Shown here: positions 22,370 through 46,231 of the stretch, in pieces | Position numbering within the stretch: the first letter of the stretch is position 1 | Layout of the letters: each line of letters begins with the position of its first letter | Notes under the pieces: model-generated | The model's input: only the letters and a program-made list of their open reading frames with translations | Database searches by the model: none | What the model was told of the DNA's origin: nothing | Assembly (NCBI GenBank): GCA_964199315.1 | Contig: OZ116699.1 | Location: 33,666,001-33,730,000 of the forward strand | DNA: 64,000 bases | Reading direction: 5' to 3' | Source of the DNA: Orbicella franksi | Taxonomy: Eukaryota | Made by a program: the position numbers and the translations under genes

Positions 22370-25300
22370 ATGGAGCCTAAAAGGTGTTTAGAGCCTCCTG
22401 AATCGATGGAGGACGTTGTAAAAGGTCTTCATGTTCTTTTTGAAGAAGACCGCGTCAATGTTGAACAGGTTATTTCGTTTTTAGAGTCATATCGATCAAA
22501 CCCGGCTGATTGGGCAAAATACGCGAACTACGATCCTCACAGGTTTTGTGTAACTTTGTTTCCATTATTTAATGGTATTTAGTACATTGTTATAATTAGC
22601 TGTTTTTGTACTATTTGAAATGTTCCTTTTCTAATGTCGCAGGTACACAAGGAACTTAGTAGACGAAGGAAATGGAAAATTCAACTTGATCGTATTGTGT
22701 TGGGGAGAAGGCCAAGGGAGGTAAGAAAAAGTTCAACGTTTTGGCCATCATAAACCTGAAGGGTTTCATGGATTCATATTGTTATATTTGAAAAAAAGAG
22801 AAGGCTTTTCTACTGTTTGTGGCAATTTATATCAGTTATACCTTTAGCATATTGGTCCCAATTTAGCGAATTTCACGGAAAGCTGAAATGATGCAACTTC
22901 CACAGATATTGTTGAGCACTGTCTAGACAGTCACTGGCTTATATGACAAGAATGTTAATTAATGTCCTTCGCGCTTGATTAATATCGCTAATCTCTCAAC
23001 CTCTGCGAGACATGTCTAAGTATTATGTGTAATATTGTTAGCCTTTTCCATGTCAAGAAGCTGGTTATCTAATTTGGAGGAGATTTGACTAAATTCCTGG
23101 TAACATAGGCCCAAATCCCAGAGGTTTAATTTCCTCAGACACGAAATGGTATTTTTTGGCTTCATGAATTGATGAGAGCCTCCATTCAGGTCCCAATTAC
23201 ATGGTCTCTGGTACTTGAGACAACCCTCCCCCTGAGTCAACTTTATCGAGCATTTATATGGGAAAGTGTTGTCCTTGTAGGCCGCGCCAAAGTTGACCCT
23301 GCATGATTATTCACAACCCTTATTGAATAGTTAAATGTGCAAATATCCCTGTCTCCTTAATTTTTCCTTGCTAAATCAATCACAGTGGGTTTTGCCTGGT
23401 TGATTTTCTCTTCTTTGGTACAAATTTCTGCTTTAAATCCTAAATTCAGGCATTGTATGACACTGCATGCCTACTGGTGCCTCAAGAACTGATGATGATG
23501 ACACTCACTACCCTGAGAGTTGTACTGGTTAGGCAAGCCAAAGTGTTTAAGTTGACACCCGTGTTGTCTCACCCCTCCAGATAGGTTTGAGATCCTCATG
23601 TAAATGATTGGTTGAATTTTGCAAAGAAATGAGTGAAAAATTAGCTCAGCCAGGGTAACTCACTGTGAGGGTTGCCTCAGGTATCCGAGGCCATGTTTGT
23701 AAAGTTTGTAATTGCCATCATAAACATGAAGCTAGACAAACAAACTGTGAACACCTGTTAATCAGATATTACTAAAATGATTGTTAGAAACGTGAAAGAA
23801 AATTAATACATACAGTATCACAAATTGAAAGTTATCGCTAAAGTGATTCTTAACTACATGTAGACTGAAACAACGCAGTGTAGAAAAAAGGTATTACTTC
23901 AATGGTCCACATAAAAACTAACCAAAATAACAATGGGCTGTTGCAATAGTCCTAACTTTTGATTTGAGCACAGAACAATGCTGACATTTGGCTGTGAGGT
24001 AGATGTCGGGGCATGATGAGAACTAGGTAAAATAAATAATAATGTGTCAGTTTACCAGTCAGATTCACCCATTTGATTGAAATTAATAATAACATATTAA
24101 GGCTTAACACCTGTTAATTGATTTGTCATTGTGGCGGAATTGTATTATTTTGCTATTCAATCAAACCTGTGTTTTTAGAAATCCTGTACTTGACTTCACT
24201 TCATGGGCTAAAATGGCTTTTTTGTTATAGAAAGGTTACCGTATTATTGTTTGTCTCACCATGTAATCACCTGAGATTAAGATCACGACTTTTTGAGTGC
24301 TTACTGGTGATGAGATTGACACTTTGTGTAGCATTATGGTCAGCTGGGATTTGTGGATTTCAATCGGGTTCCTCATAGGCTTTCCACTGTGCACCATTGT
24401 TATACCATTCTTCTGTTGTTGTGTCTCTTGACCTTAGACTGATTGCCAAAAGAAACACAGGAAAAACCTGTGTATAAGACCCTACTAGGTTTTTTCAAGT
24501 TAACCTCTATAAGTTCTTATATAAATGGTGTTCACTGTGAAGTTAGGCTACTTAGGTTCTTAATCAGGTTTTTAATTTTTGTTACCCTTTTTTGTGTCGC
24601 ATGTGATTGATGTACTGTATTATATTTGAAAAAAATGCTAAATAAGAACCTGTAGTGAGATTTTAGCCTAGAATGGTTCTGAAGTGAAGGATGCTTAAGA
24701 GGGAAATTTTAACTTAACAGGCTCTTAAATTTCAGGTTCTTATATGCTGGTTTTTACTGTATTACAAACAAACTACACCAAACACTGCAGATAAGGACAT
24801 AATGACCACATGCTATGCATTACAGGGGGTAAATTACTCAGCATGTTAAAATGCAACCATGACTACGTTTTGTTTCCAAGTTCATGGGGTTCTACTACTA
24901 AATGAATGGGTTCCTGATATTTTACTTTCGGTTTTCCTAGCATGTAATTTATTTCTTCCATAAATCGAAATATTAGTTTCCTATAAGAGAAACAGTAAAA
25001 TAATACTTATAAACTAACACAAATGCATAAAATTATTTAATCGTGACCTGGTGAAGTTGCTGATTTGGAACATGTTACAAAGTGAAATTAAGCTGACGAA
25101 ATCTGATTGCCAAAAGAATTTGTTTCAAATAAACCACACCGAACACTACAGATAAGGACATTGCTACTGTATGCGTTTGAGGCGGTAAATTACTCAACAT
25201 GCTGAAATGTAACCATGACTACACTTTGTTTTCAAGATCATGGGTTTGTACGTCTAAGATATCTGTTGCAGAAAAGAGGCTTTTCTTTAAAATTTTTCAA

Positions 25301-27107
25301 TGTGGTCCAAGCCACGCACATGATACTGCAGTGACTGCATGAAGTGTATTATTATGTTCCAGTGATGTTGCTGTTGCTGATGAATTTTCCCAGAGTTGTA
25401 TATATAATATTCAATTTTGAAAATCACTAGGCAGGTTGGATGGAGAATTTGCTAGCTGCAGCTGGCAGCTTGTTGCTATATTGAACCCCTCTGATCACAT
25501 TGTTTTTCTGCTAAAATTGTTGCTAGGACTTGACATGTTAACTAGAAAAACCTGCATTATTGGGAAATATATAGTTATTATAATGATAAATCAATTCACA
25601 TGTACATGACATAAATGAAAAAGGTCTCTCCCAAATAATGAATTTGGTCCTTGCTAAAACCTCACTTCTGTAAAATTGAAAATGTTGAACCTTGTAAGGA
25701 ATGCTGTAGATTTAAGTATTTTATATTATATTTTCTTATCCTTTACTTGCTTCTTTTTTGTTTCCATAGTTCTATTCATGATCACACTGATGCCCACTGC
25801 TTCCTGAAGGTGCTAGATGGAAGACTTAAAGAAACACAGTATCCATGGCCCTCAGACTCTGAGCCTGAGAAACCTCTGGAACCAACAGCGTCAAGATTTT
25901 ATGAGACTAATGAAGTCAACTACATCAATGGTATGTCTAAACCAATGATATGTCTGCTCATTGATGAATAGCGTTCACTCATCGTGCTTAAAAGCAAAAT
26001 ATTATTCGCCATGATTAAATCTTCCCCCTAAATTTGGCACCTGCCCATTACACTGAAATTGGACACCATGCAAGAGGAAAATTTTGTGGAAGTTTATTTT
26101 TGTGACTGTTTAATGGGTAATTTGTAAATTGGATTTAGCAAGATCAAGATGTTGTGACCTAACTTAATAAACTTAAACTACAACTGATAAGACAAGTGAT
26201 AAGTTTCTTGGTGGAAACCAGTCATGAAATTCTTTTATTTAAAAGGATATTAATTCCTTGAGCATTAGACAAGATGCTAAAAGTTAGTCACTGGCTGGGA
26301 ACTAACCTTGAAATTCTGGTCACCAACACTCAAGTTTTGGCTGCAGTGCTGACCAGCTGGTCACAATTTCAGACCCTGAAAAAGGAAATGTGTAAGTGAC
26401 TTAAGCCCTGGCCAAACAAAGTTGCAAGTATACGCAAGTTGTGAACTTGCGTTTACTTGCAACTCCGTTTGGGCAGGCCTTGTGTGCACTTGCGTTGACT
26501 TGCAATGACTTGTGCTCACTTTGGTCAAGATCAAATTTGCATCCAAGTCGACGCAAGTTTTTCACCGTTTGGCCACCCTACCCAAGTCCACGCAAGTTGA
26601 GTGACGTACATTAACCTATTATTAGCCAATGAAATACAGGGTATTTTTGCATTGAAATGGGTTTTTTGTGACTTGCATGTACTTGTGAGGAAATGTGCGA
26701 GTCCGTTTGGCCATGCAACGCAAGTTCAACTTGCGGCTACTTACAACTATTTGTGATTCAGTTTGGCCAGGGCTTTAAACTCTGTCCTTTCTTTTGTAAC
26801 AGACAGCATAGGTCTTCATCGTGTGGAGAACGTTAGCCATACTGACACAGCTGCATCACTTCATGTCTACATCCCAGCATTTGACATGTGTCAGTCATTT
26901 GACCAGCGCACAGGATACAAGCGGAAATGTCAAGTGACATTCTGGAGCAAGTTTGGCTCGAGAACACCTTATGTGAGTATAACACATTCCTTATGTCTGA
27001 GCTCTGAGTATTTGCTATCCAATTGCTATTTTAACAAGGATGTTTAGTTTGACTGCTAATTTACACTCTGTTTCTTGTTTCAGAAACCAAGCTCATGTGC
27101 CAACTAA
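22370..27107 (+). CDS. CDO1: Cysteine dioxygenase type 1, 201 aa
   Basis: Exons 22370-22542, 22643-22720, 25770-25930, 26803-26972, 27084-27107 (606 nt, in frame). Motifs RYTRNLVDEGNGKFNL, SSIHDHTDAHCFLKVL, GLHRVEN and SLHVY, so the three Fe-binding His and the Cys/Tyr crosslink residues are present. Confidence 0.97.
26401..26778. mobile_element. MITE with TTAA-associated termini in CDO1 intron 3
   Basis: TTAAGCCCTGGCCAAAC ... GTTTGGCCAGGGCTTTAA, with many internal GCAAGT/ACTTGC motifs. Confidence 0.8.
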
Positions 27108-27311
27108 TGCTATCCACAAGAAAAGAAGTATATGTGTTTTCACTGTAAGGAATCTTTGAGAAACAATACATGTACATCCCAACAGGGATTGGTCAACATT
27201 TATGATACTTAAAATACTTCTGATATTTACTGCAAATATGAAAATATGAACATATAAAAATATGAGCTATATTACACGTACTTAAAGGGTTCAAAACTAC
27301 TTTTAAGTTTA

Positions 27312-27536
27312 CAGGCCTCGAAAAAAGTGCCATCTGGTCATCTGGGACAAGTAGATTCTCCTTAGAACTGGGCAAGTGACTTTTCACTCGTACTTGCCCC
27401 ATGGGCAAGGGATCAGGCAAGTCGTCTGACAAATAAATCATTAAAAGATCAAACTATGACTTGCCAGGGCAAGCAAACTTTAAGAGCTACTTATCCCAAG
27501 GGCAAGCTGGAATTCAAGGTTTTTTTTTGAGTCCTG
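27312..27536. mobile_element. hAT-like MITE with a 6-bp TSD
   Basis: TIR CAGGCCTCGAAAAAA / TTTTTTTGAGTCCTG, flanked by AGTTTA at 27306-27311 and 27537-27542. Internal GGGCAAG repeats. Confidence 0.72.
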
Positions 27537-30500
27537 AGTTTAATGTTTGCCTATTTGATCTAAACATGTACATGCTTAGTTTTCATTTTGTAGGCTTTTG
27601 ATAGTTTTGAATTTTGCCTTCATTGTACGTGCTAAACTCTATTTAATGTATAGAACAGTATTTTATTACTGAAAAAACTAAATGTCTAACATCAAATGAT
27701 AAAGTTCCTATTCTCTGTATGCCACATGAAATTAACCTATGTAGCCGGAGTGAAGCACTCTACACAGGCTACATGAAATTCAATTTACTTTAAAAAAAGA
27801 GACAAGTGCAGGGAACAGAGTGTTGTTATAAAGTTAAGTGATTGTTAGAATGCCATGGGCTAAAACGTTGAAAAATGTTACAAAGTATACATTGATATTG
27901 GAATAGCAATAATTAAGTTTCGGTCTTACCTAGGAAGACTTTAAACAAATCATATTTTCTTATGAAATTCATAGCTTGTTCGCTTTATTAAGACTGTATT
28001 TTGTAGTTGGATATTTTACGCAAGTTAAAAACTGTTTGTTAAGTCCTTGTTGACTATTAAAATGTACTTCACAGGTGTGAAAACCTTTGGAATGAAAAAA
28101 AGTTATTAAAGCAGTTGTTGATTGTATTGTGAAATTTCCTCCTTTCTTCCCGAGATTCCCACAGAGCTATTGAATACATATTCATTTTCTCCCTCCACAT
28201 TTTCCTTGTGCCATCTAGCTGGCTGGAAGACAGAGGAGCGACAGAGCCCAAGAGGAATGGGGAGAGGGAAATGTAGAGGGTCTTCACGCCAGCCTCTCAC
28301 TCCACTTGTGGACCATCAAGTTTATAAGTGGCTACTCCCACCGGTCAGTGTAACAGAGTCGGAGAAATTTTTGACATATCGATTGTCACCCTCCTCGCCA
28401 TCCTACGTAGGGGTGGGGGTGAGGAGAGGGGGGGGGGGGATGACGCCTTGGCTCCGAAGCCAAGGGGAATAAAACAAGATTATTATTATTTTTTTCTATT
28501 CTACGACCTCGGCATGATTCATTTTTATACGCGACCGTAAAATTCTGGTAAACCTCGGCGAAACCTCATCGCGAGGGTGACTGAACTATCAACCTCGTTC
28601 CCATGTGTACTTACCTGTAATCATTATCGTAGTTATGCAGAATGCAACATCCTTGCGGGCAATAACAAATAATAAACATCAATTTTTGCATTCGTGACAG
28701 AATGGATTTTTTTTCTTTTTTGAATATAGAGAGCATCTGGCTCTGATTCTATTCTTTTACATGTAATTACTGTCTGCTCTCTAAGCACCGTCACTAATAT
28801 TAAATAATCCTATTTCCGGCACACTCGCGTTATAAAGCCATTTCATTTCCGTTTCGGAAAGCCGGTTAACGGTTAACACGGAAATATAGTTAACCTGACC
28901 GTTAAATTTCAGCTGGGCAACAAATAGTGGATCCCCCTAATTTTTTCTTAGGGTTACCTCTCACAGTGGAGTACGTAGTGGGAGAGCTCGCGAGAAAAAT
29001 GTGGGACCCCCCGGACTTGTATAGTCTAATTACAGCCGCTTAGTTTTTAAGCTGGTTAGTCAAACTTGTACAAAGTTAAAAGAGGGTACAATAAGGGTGG
29101 GGGGGGGGGGGAAGGAGCTGAGACCCCGTTTATGCACAAATTTTAATATAATTCACACGCCACATATAGTTTTAGCTTCAGTTAACAAATGTTTGCTTTT
29201 TTCCCATAAATTCAAGCAACACGTATTTCTAGAAATTGCTTTTCACTCGTCACGCTTTAATTCCCTCCTCGTACACTTGCGCTCTTAAAAATGTTTAAAA
29301 AAAGTAAGATAATTACTGGCAACTTTTAAAACTTAACCTGACCCCCTGCTTTAATTTGTGAGAACTGCTCTTTTCTCATTCTTTTCATGACAAGTGAGAA
29401 GCACAACATCTCGCCAGTGCCTCGCTTTCAAATTAAATCGCCATGAAAGTCGCGCAGGAGACACAAAGAACCAATAGAGTTTAAGAATGGCGTTTGTTGC
29501 AAATCCGGGCTAACGGCAAAGATTGATAATTAAACCAGGCGTTCGACTTAATGAAAAGACTGACAGTTGTCGAGCATCGATCGAGGGACATCCATCAAGC
29601 TGTCCCTAAAAACCACAGCTTACTACCCATGCAACTCGTGGGTGTGGCGCGCGATGGAAGTTGCATGTCTGCTGTCTGGGTAGCCTGCGAACACAGACGG
29701 ATAAACACGGGAGCTGTTCGGTCTGTGTTCGCAGGCTAGCTGCATGCTGGGAGAACTTGCCAGGGGACTTGCTGGGAAGTAGACCTTCAGATATGTTTCT
29801 CCTGGAATAATGAACAGATATCAATTTGCCAGTAAATAAAAAAGAGAGAAAAAGAAAAGAAAAGCTTGGTAATTGAATTATTTGATGTTGGTTACTTTGT
29901 GGCGTAGACTATCCGTGGTGAGTTCTGAATTAGAGAAGAGGTCAACTTCAAAAATTAAACTTCGAATGGACAAAGCCAACAAAGAACAAACATGTCAAAC
30001 AACGTAATACACAAAGACACGAAGAAACAGACAAGCAAACAATTAGTACAAACAAACAAACAAACACAGAAACAGACAAACAAACCGTTTGTTTCAACTA
30101 ACAAATGGAGCGATGATTTTGTATGTCTCACAGGAGTTTGCTGGCCATCGAAATTAGAACCTACGTGGGTCTACTATGCCTGGTGGCGGGGGGGGGGGGA
30201 CTCCAATACAAAAAGGACAGGGGTGCTCGTGGTCGGGGTTAAAAAAGCGTTTTTGCTACCTCTTAGGGTGTTCAGCCTCAAAAGGTCCACAGCAGGAGCT
30301 TTTGCGGTATCTTTTAGGGTATGGGCCGGAACAAAATATGACGGGAGATATTTGAGATCATAACAGGATCTTGGTACCCGGCCGGTCAGGGGCTATTTTC
30401 AAAATTTCCGACGAGCACCACCGTCCTTCTTGTATGGGAGTTCCTCCCCTCCCCACCCCCCCCCCCCCCCCAGGGCCATTATGTGTGTCTCGTGGGTACA

Positions 30501-31498
30501 ACTTGGTTCCGTGTCTTAAAAGAATAAGGATTTCCTTTCTTACTTGGCGCCATAACTTATTTTCGCTTTAAGTAAACCAATTAATCTGTTTTTCCACCAG
30601 CCTAGAGCTCAGTTAACCCATGACTGCGTCAACAATCAACACAAAGCCAGTGAGTTATTGGCGCACGTCGCAGCGGTAAATACCCCATTTATCTATCGCA
30701 TAATCAATCAAATCCGACTTCCGTTGGAAAGCATTGGCAGATCATCTTCAAATGGAGGGAAAGAAATTTTTAGAAACAAGAAACTAACGTGCCATAAACA
30801 TCTGATATATGTCCAAACCCCTTGACAACAACCACAACAATTTCATGGTTTCTACGGTTTGTAACTTTGTTGCGTAACGAGAGTCAATGGCTCCAGGATC
30901 GTAAAGACGGCTTATCTCCGAAAATCGTTTCAAGTTAAAGTCTCAGTTTGCCTGAAAGAATAATAATTATATAAATAACATGACCTCAGACTACTTAAAC
31001 AACAGAAAGGCGAATGAGCAGTACTGTGCGCGATAAAAATGTCTGCTGTGACTCTAAACTCAAGTAAGACATTTATTTCACGGTTCTTGCAAATCATTTG
31101 TAGTGAAATAAATCTGGTATTTAACCAAATTGCGATCCTCTGTGTTGGTTTCACAATTCATGGGGAAGACAGAGGGGTAAGAAGTGTGAAAAATCGTAAA
31201 CAGTTCTTTAGTTTGAAATTTTGACTTCACTTTGTCAAGAGAGCGGGAAGGAATGTTTTCGCGCGTGTCCTCGTGAACCAATAACAATGACCATATTATT
31301 ATGCGTCTTAGAATATGACCAATCACAGCCCCGCTTTTATGGGCAGAGAGAAAAGGCGAAGACATCACGCTAACTGAGGACTGACTTGGTGAGACGGTTT
31401 GGGAAGGTTTTCGGTGTGTTTAATTAGGTTGTTTGTTCAAAGCAATGTAAATGTACCACCAGAAGCCTTAAAGTGATACCTGGAAATCGAAACGGTGA

Positions 31499-41167
<9,669 letters not shown>

Positions 41168-43567
41168 TGCTGAGCAATGTCTAACACAACTTCCAAGAAA
41201 ACGGTAGATGATTATAAAAGAAAGCGGTTTGTTTTGTTGTTAAAAGACAAACAATCTGCGCATCTGTTAATTAAAAAGCTAATGGGCAGGTTTCCCTATC
41301 TATGTGTAGATGCTTCATCGAAATTTATTTCTGTGAAATGATGGTGGTCAGATGTAACCTGCTAGTGTTTGTCTTTATTTATGTGCATGTTTTTTAAAAC
41401 TATTGTTATTTGTTTCTAGTTTGATATAATTGAGAAGAAAGGCTATAAATTCTCTAATCATTGCATTTGAAAAATTAGAAGACAACTCACTGATGTGAAG
41501 AGGGTAAAATCACGTTGTAATTACGTTTAGGCAGCATTATCCTTTACAAATCAGGAAACTTGGAAATGCAAATGACTGTGTATAGCATTTGTAAATTGCA
41601 CACGGCAGACTTTTTAGCTAATATCGTAAAAAAATCATTTCCATTACCGAGAACTATGTTTTGTACACAGGCTAACCTGAGCACTATATAAGGCTAAATA
41701 GAGTGCTAATTAGGCCTAAATGAAATCTGCAGTCTGTAGATGTTTACAGCCTTTCAATAAAAGGCAAATTATCGTCCCAGAACCGTGAAAGGCAACAGAT
41801 TATGTTGCCAAAAGCTCAAAACTTAGTTTGTTTTGTTTCGAAAAAGAGCAATGTTAAGTTAACACCTGGTGATTTCTCTTAATTCTACGGTGTATTTAAG
41901 CCGATAATAATAAATTAGAATATAGATAAATTGCATGTGCAGTATAGACAAGAACAGTGGCTAGTAGAAATTCCACTATGCTTCCCCGCATCACAGTTTA
42001 TTGATTTAAATTTCCAGAAGATTGGGTTCATTCCTTGAGTTTTCATGTCATGAGCTCTAAGTAATAATTTTATTAACGGCAAGGATTAATTAAGGCTAAT
42101 TAGGCCATTAAAAGTAATTTCATGTTTCAATCGGACCAAACCTTTTAATTCTGCAATAAAATGGTTTGTTCCCAGTCCCACATTTCACACCTTAATGGCG
42201 CGAAATGCAAATTTGTACTTTAGTATATAGATGACACGTTGCTGAATCAGATTGCTTCAAAATTTCATGGAAAAAAAATATATATTTACCACTGACAAAA
42301 GATGATATATAACCTGCTGATGTTTTAACTGAATATTCTTACCAAAATGAAAGACATTTTCTCTGGAACTCACGTAGGAAATATGAAGTTGTTCTAAGCT
42401 GTTTACGGTTTCATGGTTGACTGATAGACAACTTGGCACCAGGCTTCCTTCATAGGGGAACTCCTTGTTTAACAATTATTTTCCTTGTTTTTACCCAATC
42501 AGTATTGGATAAATCTGAGATAGTTCAGGTTGGCATAAATTATTTCACTGTTTGTCCCAGAGCCGCATTTTCGATTAAATGCCACAGTTCGTGTTACTGA
42601 ATTCCGGTTAAACCGAACGCTTTATTGAAAGTTGAAATTAAGAATGTCATAAATGCTCAGTTTCCCTCAAGAGGTATTTGAAATTTTCTGTATATCTAGC
42701 GAAACAGTTTTTTTTAAACAAGTTCAACATTTTTATAGCGCCTTATATTTTGTTTTATTTTGAAGATTGTGTTGAGGTTCATTGTACTTTTTAGTGACCT
42801 TGCAAGTTTATATATATTTCTTGTGGAATCTCTATAATTTTTCCTCTTGCAATGTCATTAACAACTTTATTGGATTGTCGACAATTGGTATATGCGTAAC
42901 ATTCGAGCAGCTCTTCCTTGTAGTATACGGCGCTCTTGGATTAAATATTTTTGTTCTTTTATGAAAAGCGTTGCAAGAAAGCATTGCAATTTCTTTTATG
43001 CCCTGCGTTGATTTTGGAAAGCTCTGACCGACGTTACACATTTTGGCGGGAAAACACAGCAGGGAAAGCCATTTAATATACAGCCCGAAATGGTTTTGAT
43101 TGGTTGTTTCCACTGAATGTGCAATCTGCCAATCTCGAAAGCTGTTTCCAGTTTAAAATGGCTTACATTTAAGATTTGCGTTAAAGGGGTTCTTGCTCTC
43201 AAGTTTTATTTTATCACATAGCTGCTGTATGGCCCTAGGTGTTCTGCGGGGCACGATGAGGAATGATATTGCGGCTGTTGTGTTTGCTAATGCCGTAATC
43301 TGTTGTATTTATTATTTTATAGCTAAGAACAGGAACACTCCATAGGTCCTAAATAAATGTGATTTAAAATGGGAAGATATGTTAGTTGTTATTAGATTGT
43401 CCAACACTACGTAAAGTATCCCTTTAACTGGACTTTGTAAGCCAATGGTATTTTAGTTTAATAAAACGTTTTAAACGTACGTACTGACGTTGTGTGTTGT
43501 TATAACACGAGTGATCTTATTGGGTTAAAAGGGTCACTCTTTTTTCACCCGAACGACAATTTTTATT

Positions 43568-44647
43568 GGAGTTCAAGACAGGAAATATTAGGGAGTTTAA
43601 GAAACCACGATGGTAAAGCCTGGTTTTCACTAGCGACGGACAGTTGTTAAGGGAGTTCAAGACGGGAAATATTAGGGAGTTTAAGAAAACCACAATGGTA
43701 AAGCAAGCACAGCAATTCTTATTTCAACGTGAAAACGCCGGCCTTGACGCAGGCATAAACACAAGCGCAAGCACAAGGATATTTACCACACGTGGTTATG
43801 TTTGGCTAGTGAAAACACTGGATCCAGATTACCTCGCGCCTAAACAGTTCGGAATGATCGGGTGAGTTTGCATGTACTTGTGTTTGCGTAGAATTTCGTT
43901 TTCACTTGGGTCATCCCTATTGGTTACGCCGTTTGTGCTTGCGCTTGCGTCGCTCGTGAAAACCAGACTTGGTGGCAACGAGAACGTCGCTAAACAACAG
44001 GTTTAATGAGCAGAACAATGGCTGTGCACGTGCATAATAATTCATGGTACATTTCTTTGCCGTCCTCTGCAAAACAACATGAAATGACCAAATTCTGCGT
44101 TGTGTGGATAAGGTGAACCACGACGGACAACTTTTAAAATTTATATTTTGAATTTTCCGCCGTATTCCATAATCAGTATTGAAATAGTTTAGACAAAGAG
44201 AAACAAACTAAATGACTTTCGAGTATCGCGAGATTCAGAGGTAAAATATAAATTCATTTTTTAAACTGCGTTGCCCTGGAAGTCGGTCGCCGTAGTACGT
44301 AGCTACTTAGGCCCCGTCCTCACGTATCCGGACATTTTTGATATCCGCAACTTTTTCTTTCCGGATTGAAAAATTTCCCCGTCCACACGTAGCATATTCG
44401 AATCGAATTCGCCTGTCCACACGCATCTGATGGTATCTGGAGTCACTCTAGAAAAACTAGGCCTACACTTTGTGCCGCCATATTGGTTTATTGTTCGGTA
44501 ACAGACTGGAAACGATTCTGCGACTTCATCGGATTCGAAAATATCCGGATTCGCTGTGCACACGTTATCGGATTCGTTGCGGATTTATGTTTTTTCCACC
44601 CTGGAGAGCGGAATAAAAAATATCCGGATACGTGTGGACGGGGCTTT
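43568..44647. mobile_element. Nested and adjacent MITE cluster
   Basis: A TAGGGAGTTTAAG... element is interrupted by an AAGCCTGGTTTTCACTAGCGACG / CGTCGCTCGTGAAAACCAGACTT element (~43617-43972). It is followed by an AGGCCCCGTCC.CACGTATCCGG / CCGGATACGTGTGGACGGGGCTT element (~44307-44647). Confidence 0.72.
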
Positions 44648-46231
44648 GAACTGCCTTATGAACCTTTTAGGACCGCTTTTATAATGCGCTCACTCAGATA
44701 TTTACCGGCCCCACTTCTGGCTGTTAACAAATATCATTTAATGGAAATTACAAATAATGAAGATGTTTCATGTCAGTTTTTACACCTCTGGCACCTTGAA
44801 ATGCTTTCGTTAAAATTTTTGGCGAAGAAGTGAAACTTCTAAAGAATAAACTAGAGTGTTTTTTTCTCTCTTACGCGAGTAATGCTAGCCTACGGAAAAC
44901 TTCAATCACCATGGGCCTCAATAAGATGATCAATTATGTATGGTGTACAAAGGTAGTTTCAACAAGCCTCCTGTATAAGCTAGTGTCCAACTGGTGTACA
45001 AAAGGTCTTGCATTCAACTCCCAAGGTTTACTAAAAACACCTTGTGCTTGTCGCCTCACGACAACCATAACCTAGCAATAGAACCACTACTCTGCCGAGT
45101 TGGCGAATCTCGCGTAGGGTTTAATTAGATTCCCTTTCTACTGATTTATTTGTACAATTCAGAGAGTTATCACAAAATGCGACACATTATGTTATTACAA
45201 AGTGTAATATTTATACAAGCTTTACAAAGTGCGACAGCTGTTTTACAAATTACAAGTGTTAGTACAAAGGTTTGTCAGGTATATTAGAGCTTGAATGCGA
45301 CAAGATTACTACAGACACCCCTACCCCACCCGAATACCCTCAAAATTTGTGCAAAGCCGAGGCAGACCCCAATTACAGGAAGGATGTTTCGGCGCGATAG
45401 AGGTCAGTGAGCATAATTTACAGGTTACGTTAGTAACGCTTATTACTTCTTGCGGGAGTTCAATCATAATCCATACCAAAATCAATTATTCATACCTTTT
45501 TACTTTTGGGGAAATCTCATCTACTCAGCGCTGTGGGAAGACGAACTCTGCGATCTTGAGCGAACGACTAAACATGAGCAAAAAAGATATGAAAGCATTC
45601 TGGGCCAGTACCTTCCTACTCCTTCCTTGTTTAATTCAGGTTTGAGTTAATGTTTAGCCTGTTTTTAAATCAATTTTTAAGAGAAGTTCATTCAATTGCT
45701 AAGTTTTTAATGGCAGCAATTGGAAAAAGCTGCTGAAATCCGAAAAGATTTGGTGAAGACTCTATATGGTTCGCTAAAAAGGCGTCGTTTTACTTTGTTA
45801 AAGATGAAGAAACTGGATGAGTTTACAACCGAGTTAAGAAAGCGAGAAGTATCTATTTGTTTCTTAAAGTGTAAAACTACTTATTATCTTTATTCGTGAG
45901 ACAGTTAAACCGGCTTTAACAGTGCAAAGCTGAAAACAGCTTCGTTGAACCGCGAACATTTTCTGGTAACAAAAATTGAATTTTCGGCCACTATTTGAAA
46001 TACAACTTATATATCTCGTTTTTGCCGTCAGTATTACCAGATAGGCCTATTTGCTGGATATGTCATCATAATAAATCATTGGAGATTGTTTATATTTTGG
46101 TCCACCGATAAATGGCAATAGATAATTTTTTTTTATTTAATGCGGGTTATTCAATACGATCGTTTTATCGACGACGAAGGTAAAAGGAACCTGTCGAGAT
46201 ATTCTCAGAATCACAAATCACCTGTAAAATG

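Noticed and set aside
43229-43294. Candidate signal-peptide first exon of the receptor (MALGVLRGTMRNDIAAVVFANA|GTAATC)
   Set aside because: The phase fits the 46758 acceptor, but the donor is weak and the hydrophobicity marginal, so it was left out of the model.
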